Shown here: positions 22,666 to 32,806 of the stretch, piece by piece | Layout: each line of letters begins with the position of its first letter | Position numbering within the stretch: the stretch's first letter is position 1 | Assembly: GCA_963517545.1 (NCBI GenBank) | Contig: CAUQGR010000001.1 | Coordinates: 12,584-76,583, forward strand | DNA length: 64,000 nt | Direction of reading: 5' to 3' | Source of the DNA: an uncultured Streptococcus sp. | GTDB lineage: Bacteria; Bacillota; Bacilli; Lactobacillales; Streptococcaceae | Program-made: the position numbers and the translations under genes | Notes under the pieces: generated by a model | The model's database searches: none | What the model saw: only the letters and a program-made list of their open reading frames with translations | Told to the model about the DNA's origin: nothing

Positions 22666-23612
22666 GATGGAAATACCTCCAAAAGTTTCTTAACGGCTAA
22701 GGCACGGTGAGATTGACTATTTTTTTCTTCAAGGGTTAATTCAGCTGAGGACTTGCCTGTCTCTCCTACAAGGAAGAGAGGGTCATAGCCGAAGCCATTT
22801 TCACCCTTAGGTTCAAAGTTAATGTAGCCAGGCCAGTCTGCTTCAACAACCAAGCTTTCCTTGTTTGGGCTGGCTACGACTAGGGTTGTATGGAATTGAG
22901 CCGAGCGGTCCTTGAGTTCAAAGACCATGGCCAATTCGTGCAAAAGTTTAGCATTGTTTTCACGGTCAGTTGCTCCCACACCTGCAAAACGAGCTGACCA
23001 GACACCTGGCAAGCCACCAAGGACATCAACTTTCAGTCCAGAATCATCTGCCAGAACCATCTTGCCCGTTAATTGAGAAATAGTTTCTGCCTTGAGGCGG
23101 GCATTTTCTTCAAAGGTCATGCCTGTTTCTGCTACTTCAGGTAGGTCAGGATAGTCATTGAGATTTTCCACATCGTAGCCTAGCTTGTCAAAGATTGCTC
23201 GAAATTCCTTGGTCTTGCCTTCGTTACGAGTCGCAATCAACAAGGTTTCTCTGACCTTGTTTGTCTCAAAGAAATCATGAACATTGACCCCTTCTTTGGG
23301 CAATTCCACATACAAGAGTTGGCCATTTTCAACCAAAAGCAAAGCTCCCTGACGTTGGATGACTTCTAGATTGCGACCTGCTTCTTGGTTTAGTATATCT
23401 ACCACAAAAGACAATAAACGGTAGCGAGAACCATAGCGTAAAACAGTAACTGAAATCGGGAAACCTCGTTCCTCGTCTCGAAAGATTTTGGCCAATCCAA
23501 CCAGAGGGAAATCCAAGTCTTCATCAGTCAACGTCCGGACGCCACCAAAAATACTATAGGACCCGACATACCAGTCCTGGTCATCCTTGTATTCATAAAT
23601 TTTATTTGTCAT
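22641..23612 (-). CDS. rdgB: Non-canonical purine NTP pyrophosphatase (RdgB/HAM1) with N-terminal extension
   Basis: ATRNEGK, DDSGL, GFGYDP and SHR motifs. Confidence 0.92.
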   Translation of the reverse strand: MTNKIYEYKDDQDWYVGSYSIFGGVRTLTDEDLDFPLVGLAKIFRDEERGFPISVTVLRYGSRYRLLSFVVDILNQEAGRNLEVIQRQGALLLVENGQLLYVELPKEGVNVHDFFETNKVRETLLIATRNEGKTKEFRAIFDKLGYDVENLNDYPDLPEVAETGMTFEENARLKAETISQLTGKMVLADDSGLKVDVLGGLPGVWSARFAGVGATDRENNAKLLHELAMVFELKDRSAQFHTTLVVASPNKESLVVEADWPGYINFEPKGENGFGYDPLFLVGETGKSSAELTLEEKNSQSHRALAVKKLLEVFPSWQSKPSL

Positions 23613-24403
23613 AATTCTACATGCTCCACATGAATCTCTTTTTCCAGCCATTCTTCACCAATTTGTGCAAAACTTTGGCTGCTGGCTGTTGTGTAAAAAC
23701 GGTGATGGAGTGGTCCAGCATCGCGACCACGATTGATTTCAAAATAATTAAGTAAGACTGAGATATCTCGTACGCACTCTGCTCCACTATCGATAAGCTG
23801 AACCTTGGGCCCCATAACATTTTGAATAATAGGTCTGAGGAGTGGATAATGGGTACAGCCCAAAATCAGGCTATCCACCTTTCCAACCAAGGGGCGCAGG
23901 GTTTCATAAACCACTTTCTTGGTGACACTGGTTGACAGGGCACCTGACTCCACCAAGGGGGCAAACTTGGGACAGGCCAAACTCTCCACCTGTAAGTCTG
24001 GATCCAGATCATGGATTTTCTGACGGTAGATGTCTGATTGGACCGTCATGGGCGTTCCAATGACCCCGATTTTCCCACCTTGGCTGGACTTGATGGCTGC
24101 CGAAGCTCCTGGCAAAATCACACCCAGGACAGGAATGTCTAGTTGAGCCTTGATTTCTTCCCAGACGACCGCAGTCGCAGTGTTACAAGCAATGACAATC
24201 ATCTTGACATCCTTGGTCAAGAGAAAGTTGACCAACTGCCAAGTATATTCACGAATTTGCTCAGCAGGACGGGGACCATAGGGCGCCCGTGCCGAATCTC
24301 CAATATAGACGATTTCTTCATGGGGAAGCTGGCGCATGAGCTCCCGCACAACGGTCAAGCCCCCGACACCCGAATCCAAAAAACCAATTGGTCGATTATC
24401 CAT
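23609..24403 (-). CDS. murI: Glutamate racemase
   Basis: DSGVGG, ACNTA and LGCTHYP motifs. Confidence 0.98.
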   Translation of the reverse strand: MDNRPIGFLDSGVGGLTVVRELMRQLPHEEIVYIGDSARAPYGPRPAEQIREYTWQLVNFLLTKDVKMIVIACNTATAVVWEEIKAQLDIPVLGVILPGASAAIKSSQGGKIGVIGTPMTVQSDIYRQKIHDLDPDLQVESLACPKFAPLVESGALSTSVTKKVVYETLRPLVGKVDSLILGCTHYPLLRPIIQNVMGPKVQLIDSGAECVRDISVLLNYFEINRGRDAGPLHHRFYTTASSQSFAQIGEEWLEKEIHVEHVEL

Positions 24404-24602
24404 ACAGTCTTCTTTCTAGTCTTTTTTCTGATTGATAGTTCATTATGATTATTGATCCTTATGAACTGAATGACAGCCTAATCAACAACTATCTCTCTTA
24501 ATCATAATCAAATATCAATAGAATGCAAGGAAAAAGTCTCATCCCTAAACCATAGCCAACATAGTGAGAAGTCTGGAACTTTCATCCCAGACTTTTCCTT
24601 AT

Positions 24603-24854
24603 TTATTTTTTCTTTTTATTGTTAGCAAGGGCTGCCTTTTGTTGGCGGATGATTTGGTGGTAAACTTGTTGTACCTTAGCTTCGCTTGGTTTTTGACCAT
24701 TTGCACTCAAAAGAGTACGAACTGCTTCAGCATTCAAACGTGGGTTGTCAGCGAATTCTTTTTCAATTTGCTTACGAACCAAGTACATTCCTCCAAGAGC
24801 TCCTCCTAGAAAAGCTAGCACAATCAATACAATTGCTAAAAGTAAATCCATCAT
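24603..24854 (-). CDS. YneF family protein
   Basis: N-terminal TM helix, then NPRLN...GQKPSEAKV. Confidence 0.88.
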
Positions 24855-25057
24855 TTTTCTCCTGTTTCTTTTTGAGTCTCTTTCATTATACCACAAACTA
24901 GCCACCCTGACCAGTTTGTTCTACACTTTCAGGGAGGGAATAGACAGCAAAAAGAACCCTGCTTTTCTGAAAAAGAGGGCTCCTTGCTAAGTTTAATTTA
25001 CATAAATAGCTAGTGTAAGAAATAAAAGACTGAAACACTAGATTTCAGCCTTTTTCT

Positions 25058-25861
25058 TTATCCCAAAACCAATTCATCACTGACTAGACTTTGGCCACTA
25101 TTTTTCTGGAAGAGATGCATAAGGTCTTCAACTGTCAGATGCTTCTTCTCTTCTCCCTTGACATCCACCACTATCTTACCCTGATAGAGCATAATGAGAC
25201 GATTTCCGTACTCAATAGCATGGTTCATATCGTGGGTAATCATCAAAGTCGTCAACTGATGGTGTTCCACAATCTTTTGCGTCAAATCCATCACCATTTG
25301 ACTGGTTTTCGGGTCAAGTGCCGCAGTATGTTCATCCAAAAGCAAAAGTTTGGGTTTCACCAGAGCTGCCATGACTAGGGTCAAAGCCTGTCTTTGTCCT
25401 CCTGAGAGGTATTGAGTATCTACTTTTAAGCGGTTTTCAAGACCAATATTCAACTCCTTCAAGGCCTCTTGGAACTGGATTCTATCCTTCTCCTTCACGC
25501 CCCAACCAAGCCCTCTCTTTTGCCCACGTCTCAAGGCAATAGCCATATTCTCCTCAATCGTCAAACGAGAAGCTGTTCCCATCTTAGGATCTTGAAAAAC
25601 ACGGGCTATATCCTTGGCTCTCTTTCTTACACTCAGATTTTTAATGGATTTGCCTGCCAATAAAAGGTCCCCTTCATCCACCGATAGATTGCCAGCCAAG
25701 ATATTCATCAAAGTGGATTTCCCTGCCCCATTTCCACCAATCACAGAGATAAAATCTCCCTCTTCAACCTCTAAATCTAATCCTTTGAGGACATGGTTCT
25801 CATTGACCGTCCCTGCTTCAAATGTTTTGTGAATATTTTCAAGCGTTAACAAACTTGCCAT
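25058..25861 (-). CDS. ABC ATPase of a TrpXYZ-type amino acid importer
   Basis: GGNGAGKS, LSGGQRQ and LLDEHTAALDP. Confidence 0.9.
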   Translation of the reverse strand: MASLLTLENIHKTFEAGTVNENHVLKGLDLEVEEGDFISVIGGNGAGKSTLMNILAGNLSVDEGDLLLAGKSIKNLSVRKRAKDIARVFQDPKMGTASRLTIEENMAIALRRGQKRGLGWGVKEKDRIQFQEALKELNIGLENRLKVDTQYLSGGQRQALTLVMAALVKPKLLLLDEHTAALDPKTSQMVMDLTQKIVEHHQLTTLMITHDMNHAIEYGNRLIMLYQGKIVVDVKGEEKKHLTVEDLMHLFQKNSGQSLVSDELVLG

Positions 25862-25873
25862 AACTTTCTCCTC

Positions 25874-26767
25874 CTATTCATTTCTCAATTTCAGACCACG
25901 AATCTTTAATCTCTTTTGCAATTCTGGTGCAAATAAAACTAAGGCTAACAAGATTGCATTAAAGAGACGAACTAGATTTTGATCTAGATTTGGAATTTCA
26001 TAGATATTTAAAATAATCAAACGGTATACAATAGCACCGATTCCGATGGATAACAAGCGGCCTCCAATGGTCAAGTCGTGTATCAATACTTCCGCAATAA
26101 TCACTGCACTCAAACCAACAACAATGGTTCCTGTCCCAGAAGTCACATCTGAAAATCCATCATTTTGGGCGAACAAGGAACCACATAGGGCAATCAAGCC
26201 GTTTGAAATCATGTAACCAACAATCTTCATGGTGTCTACATTGACCCCATTGGCCTCACTCATCGGAATATTGTCCCCAGTCGAACGCAAGACCAAGCCA
26301 ATCTCTGTTTTCATCAAAAGAGTCAAGACCAAACAAACAAGTAAGAGACAGGCTAAACTGAATGAGAAAACAGCTTCTTCATTTGTCAGTCCCAAGCTCG
26401 CCAACTGTTTAAAGACAGTTGAAGAATCTCCCAAGGAAAGATTGGGCACACTTCCCATGATTTTAATATTGATCGAATAAAGCCCTGTCAAGGTCACAAT
26501 CCCTGTCAAGAGAGCTGGGATTTTCATCTTGGTGTGGAGCATTCCTGATACAAGACCTGCTACCATACCTGCCAGCAAAGCAAGTAAGGTCGCAATCCAA
26601 GGATTTGTCCCTGCCTGTATCTGAGATACGACGACAGCTGCACCCAGAGGAAAGGCTCCTTCAGCAGTCATATCCGCAATATCCAAAATACGGAAAGTCA
26701 AGTAGACCCCAATCGCCATAATCGACCACAACAAACCTTCTGATAAACTAGATAATACAAAATTCAT
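25874..26767 (-). CDS. ABC permease of a TrpXYZ-type importer
   Basis: FRILDIADMTAEG, LRSTGDN and GTGTIVVGL motifs. Confidence 0.88.
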   Translation of the reverse strand: MNFVLSSLSEGLLWSIMAIGVYLTFRILDIADMTAEGAFPLGAAVVVSQIQAGTNPWIATLLALLAGMVAGLVSGMLHTKMKIPALLTGIVTLTGLYSINIKIMGSVPNLSLGDSSTVFKQLASLGLTNEEAVFSFSLACLLLVCLVLTLLMKTEIGLVLRSTGDNIPMSEANGVNVDTMKIVGYMISNGLIALCGSLFAQNDGFSDVTSGTGTIVVGLSAVIIAEVLIHDLTIGGRLLSIGIGAIVYRLIILNIYEIPNLDQNLVRLFNAILLALVLFAPELQKRLKIRGLKLRNE

Positions 26768-26778
26768 CTTAAACCTCC

Positions 26779-27756
26779 TTATTCCTTGCCTTCTAACTTA
26801 CTAATATCAATTCCTAATGCATCTGCCATTTCTTGATTGGTATGCAATTCCAGTTTTTCAGGCAACTCAACTGCTATATTTTCTGGCTTCTCACCTTTTA
26901 AGACACGAATCAACATACGGGCTGTCTGCCGTCCCAATTCTTCATAATTGGTTCCGTAGTTATACAAGCCACCAACAGCAATCATTTCTGTTGAACCACC
27001 AAATACTGGAACCTTGTGTTTAATAGAAACCTGCTTGACTGTTTCCATGGTTGATGAAATGATATTGTCCGTTGGTACAAAAACCATATCCACTTCTGCC
27101 ATCAAGCTCTCTGCTGCCGCCTTGACGTTGTTACTGTCCAAGATTGTTTTTTCAACAACGGTAAAGCCTTTTTCTTCCAGAAGTCGCTTAGCTTCATCCT
27201 TTTGGACAACTGAGTTTGGCTCGCTCTGAGTATAGAGGATTCCAATTGTTTTAGCCTTTGGCAACACTTTCTTTATCAAATTGATTTGGGTTGAAATGGC
27301 ATCTGATGACTGATCACTTGTCCCAGTTACATTGCCCCCAGGATGTTCTCTTGACTCAACCAACTTGGCACTGACAGGATCTGTTACCGCTGAAAAGATA
27401 ACAGGTGTCGTTTGTGTTGTATTGGCCAAGCTCTGAGCAGAAGGCGTTGCGATAGCTAGAACGACATCACTAGATTCTGCTAGTTGCTGGGAAATCGTTT
27501 TTAGATTTCTTTGTTCTCCCTGTGCATTTTGCAAATCAATCTCGATATTTTTCCCCTCAACATAGCCTTGCTTGGCCAACTCATCCACAAAACCTTCTCT
27601 AGTAGCGTCTAGGGACTGGTGGGTAATAAACTGCGAAATACCGATACGAAAAACATCTTTTTTCTTGTCTGCCTTCAACTGATGCAAACTGATCAGAGAA
27701 GTCAAGAGGATCCCCACTACCAAGAGGGGTGCTAGTAATTTTCGAACAACTTTCAT
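26779..27756 (-). CDS. ABC substrate-binding protein (TrpX/ABC_sub_bind family), predicted aromatic amino acid binding
   Basis: QFITHQSLD, AVTDP, NVTGTSD and PTDN motifs; N-terminal membrane anchor. Confidence 0.85.
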   Translation of the reverse strand: MKVVRKLLAPLLVVGILLTSLISLHQLKADKKKDVFRIGISQFITHQSLDATREGFVDELAKQGYVEGKNIEIDLQNAQGEQRNLKTISQQLAESSDVVLAIATPSAQSLANTTQTTPVIFSAVTDPVSAKLVESREHPGGNVTGTSDQSSDAISTQINLIKKVLPKAKTIGILYTQSEPNSVVQKDEAKRLLEEKGFTVVEKTILDSNNVKAAAESLMAEVDMVFVPTDNIISSTMETVKQVSIKHKVPVFGGSTEMIAVGGLYNYGTNYEELGRQTARMLIRVLKGEKPENIAVELPEKLELHTNQEMADALGIDISKLEGKE

Positions 27757-27780
27757 AATGAAACTCCTTCTCAGAAAAGA

Positions 27781-27887
27781 TAATACTCAATGAAAATCAA
27801 AGAGCAAACTAGGAAACTAGCCGCAGGCTGTACTTGAGTACGGCAAGGCGACGTTGACGTGGTTTGAATTTGATTTTCGAAGAGTAT
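27781..27887 (+). repeat. BOX element (boxA-boxC)
   Basis: TAATACTCAATGAAAATCAAAGAGC...TTTTCGAAGAGTATA. Confidence 0.93.
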
Positions 27888-27892
27888 AAAAC

Positions 27893-27921
27893 AAAAAACC
27901 GCCTAGATAATACCTAAACGG
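27893..27921 (-). terminator. Attenuator terminator in the ABC importer leader
   Basis: CCGTTTAG-GTATTAT-CTAGGCGG-TTTTTT on the minus strand. Confidence 0.85.
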
Positions 27922-28064
27922 ATGCTTGAAATAATCTAACAAGTTACAACTTAGCTAGTCCATTTAGATATTCATCTATATGGACCACAATCAAAAATCT
28001 TAGCCACATAGATACAAACAAATTGCTTGAACTGTTTGCATCCATGGTGACATGTCTACAAACA

Positions 28065-28124
28065 CTATCTAAAGTAGCTAAAGTAAAAGTTTTGATTCAT
28101 TGTTACAGCTTGTCTTTTATTCAT
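28065..28124 (-). CDS. Putative Phe/Tyr-rich leader peptide MNKRQAVTMNQNFYFSYFR
   Basis: 19-codon ORF; AGAAAGCAG SD-like site 8 nt upstream; 5 Phe/Tyr codons in the last 7; alternative ATG at 28100. Confidence 0.75.
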   Translation of the reverse strand: MNKRQAVTMNQNFYFSYFR

Positions 28125-28156
28125 TTCTTTTTCTGCTTTCTTTTTTGATGTTTCCT

Positions 28157-28221
28157 ATCTTACCACCTTTTTCATCAGCTGTCAAGAATATTTCAGAATT
28201 TTTTAAAATTTTTCGAAAATT
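28157..28221 (-). promoter_or_regulatory. Promoter of the leader/ABC importer with CodY-like box
   Basis: TTGACA-N17-TAAGAT with extended TG; AATTTTCGAAAAATT at 28207-28221. Confidence 0.75.
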
Positions 28222-28251
28222 CTTTCAAAGTTTTTTTCAAATCAGTCCAAC

Positions 28252-28300
28252 AAAAAAGGTTTATAATTTCCATAAGAATTGACATGGAAATTATAAAACC
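28252..28300 (-). terminator. ami operon terminator
   Basis: 14-bp stem TTTATAATTTCCAT/ATGGAAATTATAAA followed by a T-run. Confidence 0.75.
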
Positions 28301-28304
28301 ATTA

Positions 28305-29231
28305 TTAGTTTAATCCTTGTTTGTATCGCGCCAATTCGGCTTGGTTAGCCCAAACATAGTGACCTGGACGGATTTCAACCATGGATGGTTTATCAGTCTC
28401 ATAGTCGTGTTGACTTGGGTCGTAAACCTTCAAGATCTTCTTGCGTTCCAAGATTGGGTCTGGAATTGGTACCGCTGAAAGCAAGGCTTGAGTATATGGG
28501 TGAATTGGATTGTTAAACAATTCTTCTGTTTCTGCAACCTCTACAATAACACCCTTGTAAATAACTGCGATACGATCTGAAATAAAGCGAACGACCGACA
28601 AGTCATGGGCGATAAAGAGGTAGGTCAAACCGAGCTCTTTTTGGAATTTTTTGAGCAAGTTCAAGACTTGGGCACGCACAGAAACGTCCAAGGCTGAAAT
28701 GGGCTCATCCGCAATAACAAAATCTGGTTGCATGACCAAGGCACGGGCAATACCGATACGTTGACGTTGACCACCTGAAAACTCATGAGGATAACGAGTC
28801 AAGTGCTCAGCAAGAAGCCCCACTTCACGGATAATATTTTTAACTTTCTCTTTACGTTCTTCTTCATCCTTAAATAGGCGGTGATTGTAAAGACCTTCAG
28901 AAATAATATAATCAACAGTAGCACGTTCATTCAAACTTGCTGCAGGGTCTTGGAAAATCATCTGGATACGACGAATCAATTCCGCAGCTTGTTCACGCGA
29001 TTTCTTACCATTAATCTTTTGACCGTCAAAAATGATATCACCATTACTTGTGTCATTTAGACCGATGATAGCACGACCAATAGTTGTTTTTCCACTTCCT
29101 GACTCACCTACAAGCGAGAAGGTTTCTCCCTTGTTGATAAAGAAGTTGGCATTTTTGACCGCGACAAACTTCTTACTTCCTTCACCGAAGGAAATTTCTA
29201 AATCTTTGATTTCTACTAATTTTTCAGACAT
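28305..29231 (-). CDS. amiF: Oligopeptide ABC ATPase AmiF
   Basis: GESGSGKT and FSGGQRQR; operon position. Confidence 0.95.
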   Translation of the reverse strand: MSEKLVEIKDLEISFGEGSKKFVAVKNANFFINKGETFSLVGESGSGKTTIGRAIIGLNDTSNGDIIFDGQKINGKKSREQAAELIRRIQMIFQDPAASLNERATVDYIISEGLYNHRLFKDEEERKEKVKNIIREVGLLAEHLTRYPHEFSGGQRQRIGIARALVMQPDFVIADEPISALDVSVRAQVLNLLKKFQKELGLTYLFIAHDLSVVRFISDRIAVIYKGVIVEVAETEELFNNPIHPYTQALLSAVPIPDPILERKKILKVYDPSQHDYETDKPSMVEIRPGHYVWANQAELARYKQGLN

Positions 29232-29241
29232 TTCCTTCCTC

Positions 29242-30309
29242 CTAGTCTGCCAGATGGGCAAATCCCATTTTTTCACGGATCTTATCGTGGAGATTTGCAA
29301 TCACAGCTGGTTTTTCTACTTTTGGAGCATCCTCATGAAGAAGCCAAGTTTTAGCCCAATGTGTCTCTGATACTGAGAATTGAGGAGCTTTTTGTTCGAA
29401 GTCAATTTGCATTGCATAGTCTGAACGCAAGGCAAAGGCATCCCCTTTCAGATCAGTATAAAGTGACGGAGGTGTTCCTGGGATTGAGTAAAGATCCCCT
29501 TTATCATCAGCAAGCTGAGGCAAGCTAGACAAGAGACTCCATGTATATGGATGGCGAGGGTCATAGAAGACTTCCTCAACAGTTCCATATTCAACGATTT
29601 CTCCTGCATACATAACCGCTACCTTATCCGCAATACTTGCTACCACACCAAGGTCGTGAGTGATAAAGATTGTTGTGAAATGGTACTCGTTTTGTAATGA
29701 TTTCAGCAAATCAATAATTTGTGCTTGAATGGTCACATCCAAGGCTGTCGTTGGCTCATCACAAATCAAGACATCAGGTCGGCAGGCAAGGGCAATAGCA
29801 ATAACGATACGTTGACGCATTCCTCCAGAATATTGGAATGGGTATTCATCAAAACGTCTATCTGCATCTGGAATCCCAACCTTATTCATGTAGTCAATAG
29901 CCAATTCTTTTGCTTCCTTGGCTGTTTTCCCTTGGTGTTTTACAATAACTTCTGTAATCTGACTACCAATTGTTTTAATTGGGTCCAAACTAGTCATTGG
30001 ATCCTGGAAGATAGTCGCAATCTTAGCACCACGAATTTGTTCCCAATCCTTGTGAGAAGACAAGGCGGTCAAATCCTGACCACGGTAGTCAATGCTACCT
30101 TGAGCAATACGACCATTTTCTTCAAGCATACCTGTAAAGGTCTTTGTCAAAACAGATTTACCTGATCCTGACTCACCTACCAAGGCCAACACTTCTCCCT
30201 CAACTAGTTCAAGGGAAACGCCGCGAATGGCTGTCAATACTTTGTCACGAACGTCAAATTCCACGACAATATCGCGAGCAGTCAAAATTACATTTTTTTC
30301 TTTTGTCAT
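29242..30309 (-). CDS. amiE: Oligopeptide ABC ATPase AmiE
   Basis: GESGSGKS and YSGGMRQR. Confidence 0.95.
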   Translation of the reverse strand: MTKEKNVILTARDIVVEFDVRDKVLTAIRGVSLELVEGEVLALVGESGSGKSVLTKTFTGMLEENGRIAQGSIDYRGQDLTALSSHKDWEQIRGAKIATIFQDPMTSLDPIKTIGSQITEVIVKHQGKTAKEAKELAIDYMNKVGIPDADRRFDEYPFQYSGGMRQRIVIAIALACRPDVLICDEPTTALDVTIQAQIIDLLKSLQNEYHFTTIFITHDLGVVASIADKVAVMYAGEIVEYGTVEEVFYDPRHPYTWSLLSSLPQLADDKGDLYSIPGTPPSLYTDLKGDAFALRSDYAMQIDFEQKAPQFSVSETHWAKTWLLHEDAPKVEKPAVIANLHDKIREKMGFAHLAD

Positions 30310-30317
30310 TTCTACTC

Positions 30318-31244
30318 CTATCTATGTGTACGTGGATCACTAGCATCCGCTAAGTTTTGACCAACTACGAAAAGGGACAAGGATACCAAGACAAGAGTTG
30401 TCAATGGAATCCAGAACAAGTAAGCATTGGTTGTTACGTTTTGTGAATAATCCGAAATCAAACGACCCAAACTTGGCACAGTAATCGGTAATCCAAGACC
30501 GAAGAATGACAAGAAGGCTTCGTATGAGATAAAGCTTGGAAGCATTTGAGTCATCGTTGTCACAATAACAGATACCAATTGTGGCATGATATTTTTGGCA
30601 ACAATCTTCAAGGTCGGTGTTCCCAAAGTACGTGACGCCAAGTTGTATTCCAAGTCACGATAACGTAAGATTTGCACACGAATCATGAAGGCAATTCCGA
30701 TCCATGTTGTCACACTCATGGCAAAAATCAGATTCCAGAATCCAGCTCCGATTGAGTAAGTCAAGACAATGACAATCAAAAGAGATGGGATGTTTGAGAT
30801 GACGTTGTAAACTTCCATCATGACACGGTCAACTGATTTTGAAATTCCCCAAATACCGCCGACAAAGACACCGATAACCAAGTTAATCACTGTTGCAATC
30901 ACAGAAATGAGGATAGAGTTACGAGCTCCGAACCAGACACCGTCAAAGAGAGATTTACCGTTACTGTCAGTACCGAACCAATGCTCTGCATTTGGCTTGA
31001 TATAACGAGCACTAAAGTCGTTTACCTTGCTGACATCATTGAAATCAAACTTAGAAAACATTGGGTAGATGAAACTCATCAAAATGATGGCTACCAAGAT
31101 TCCCAACATGACTACAGTTGATTTTTTCTTCATAAATTGTCTAAACACTGAACCCCAGTATGAATAAGCTGGTGCATCAATGGCTTCAGAGGCAAAATCG
31201 TCACGTTTTACGAACTGAAATTTTTCTTTATCGATTGTAGACAT
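30318..31244 (-). CDS. amiD: Oligopeptide ABC permease AmiD
   Basis: HWFGTD; OppC-like. Confidence 0.95.
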   Translation of the reverse strand: MSTIDKEKFQFVKRDDFASEAIDAPAYSYWGSVFRQFMKKKSTVVMLGILVAIILMSFIYPMFSKFDFNDVSKVNDFSARYIKPNAEHWFGTDSNGKSLFDGVWFGARNSILISVIATVINLVIGVFVGGIWGISKSVDRVMMEVYNVISNIPSLLIVIVLTYSIGAGFWNLIFAMSVTTWIGIAFMIRVQILRYRDLEYNLASRTLGTPTLKIVAKNIMPQLVSVIVTTMTQMLPSFISYEAFLSFFGLGLPITVPSLGRLISDYSQNVTTNAYLFWIPLTTLVLVSLSLFVVGQNLADASDPRTHR

Positions 31245-32740
31245 TATTTGCCTCCTTTCTCAGTCAATTTAATACGTGGGTCAATAATAGTCATCCAAAT
31301 ATCTCCCAAAAGAAGTGAGAAGATAGAAATACATGTAAAGATGAAGACAAGACCTACGACCATAGAGTTATTAGATGCTTTTACAGAGTCAATCAACATT
31401 TTACCCATACCTGGGAAGGCGAAGACTGTTTCAGTAAGAGTTGCACCACCGATAACCCCGATAACGGCACCAGGAATTCCTGAAACCAGAGGAACCATGG
31501 CATTTTTAAAGATGTGTTTGTTTGAAATTTCTTTTTCAGACAAACCTTTTGCACGAGCAAAACGTACAAAATCTTGTGATTGCAAGTCAATCATGTAACG
31601 ACGAATCCAAATAGCTGTACCAGGAGCCCCCAACAAACCAAGGATAACTGCTGGTAAAACGTAAGAACGCCAATCTCCAGCACCCAAGATAGGGAATGAA
31701 TCTGGCAAGCCGATTGAAGAACCAGCCAAACGAACGATATAAACCAAGGCAATTGTTGGAAGAGCCATCAAGAAAGTCAAAGCCCCTGTTGAGAAGCTAT
31801 CAATCCAAGTGTTCTTGAAGCGAGCCATAGCTGAACCAAGCGGCACGGCAATCGCATAAGAAATCACCAAACCAATCAATCCTACAACAGCAGAGCTGGC
31901 AATCATTGAAGGATATTGGTAGTTGCTTTCAGTTGCAGTATATGGGTCATCTTTCCCATAGTTAGCTACTTCACGAGAATCAGCCTGACTAGGAGATTTG
32001 TAGGTTCTTGAGTAAATATTTACAGAAGAAGTTTTCTTACCTGTTGGGAACTGAACTTGAGCAGTTTTTGTTTGCCCTTGCCCCTGAGTAATAACCTGTA
32101 AAACAGGGCTATTAGCATAGGTTGGATAAGAGTCACCTAAATTAATGTTCACAAAGTTTTGATGCACAAATGGGAACTGACTGTTGAAGTATAAGAGATA
32201 TTTGTGTTTAGTTCCTGAACCAACCAATGACCATCCGATAGCTGGATCGTTTTCGAAACGAAGGTAACGTTTCAAGTCTGGATTCTCAGGGTCTTGGATT
32301 TTATTAGTATGGTCAATGTCAATCAAGTTAGCATAGAAGTGAAAAACACGTTCAAAAATTGGGATTTCACGAGTAGCGTAGAATTGGCCACTTTCAGTAA
32401 ATTCTCCCAGGGTCCAACCATGACCGATTTGTTTGATGTATTTTTCATAGATAGCCTTGTTGGTGTCATTAGCTTCAACTGTTACAGAGGCATCCATCTG
32501 GCTAGCTTTTTCTTGCAACTCTTTGGTATCGTAGTACTCGATATAACCCATACGCTCATAAACGGTATTTTCATAGTTATCACGTTTATCAGCAGTTGTC
32601 GCAATCTTGTTATAGTTGGTATCCTGTTTGAAAATCAATTTTCGAGGAACCATTGTATAGATAATCGTGTAGGTCAAGGTTGTTACTAAGAAGATAGAAA
32701 CCAAGGACCGCAAAACACGCATAAAAATATATTTTTTCAT
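31244..32740 (-). CDS. amiC: Oligopeptide ABC permease AmiC
   Basis: 498 aa; FARAKGL EAA-loop; DPRI. Confidence 0.95.
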   Translation of the reverse strand: MKKYIFMRVLRSLVSIFLVTTLTYTIIYTMVPRKLIFKQDTNYNKIATTADKRDNYENTVYERMGYIEYYDTKELQEKASQMDASVTVEANDTNKAIYEKYIKQIGHGWTLGEFTESGQFYATREIPIFERVFHFYANLIDIDHTNKIQDPENPDLKRYLRFENDPAIGWSLVGSGTKHKYLLYFNSQFPFVHQNFVNINLGDSYPTYANSPVLQVITQGQGQTKTAQVQFPTGKKTSSVNIYSRTYKSPSQADSREVANYGKDDPYTATESNYQYPSMIASSAVVGLIGLVISYAIAVPLGSAMARFKNTWIDSFSTGALTFLMALPTIALVYIVRLAGSSIGLPDSFPILGAGDWRSYVLPAVILGLLGAPGTAIWIRRYMIDLQSQDFVRFARAKGLSEKEISNKHIFKNAMVPLVSGIPGAVIGVIGGATLTETVFAFPGMGKMLIDSVKASNNSMVVGLVFIFTCISIFSLLLGDIWMTIIDPRIKLTEKGGK

Positions 32741-32806
32741 ATCATTTCCTTTAAAAATCCCAAAAGAACCTTCTCCTCATGGAGAGAAAGTTCTATTGAA
32801 AATTAT

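Noticed and set aside
27888..28150. T-box riboswitch as the explanation for the importer leader
   Set aside because: No AATTAGGGTGGTACC(GCG)-like T-box or GNTG/AG-box motifs seen; the leader-peptide model fits better. An Rfam scan is still needed.
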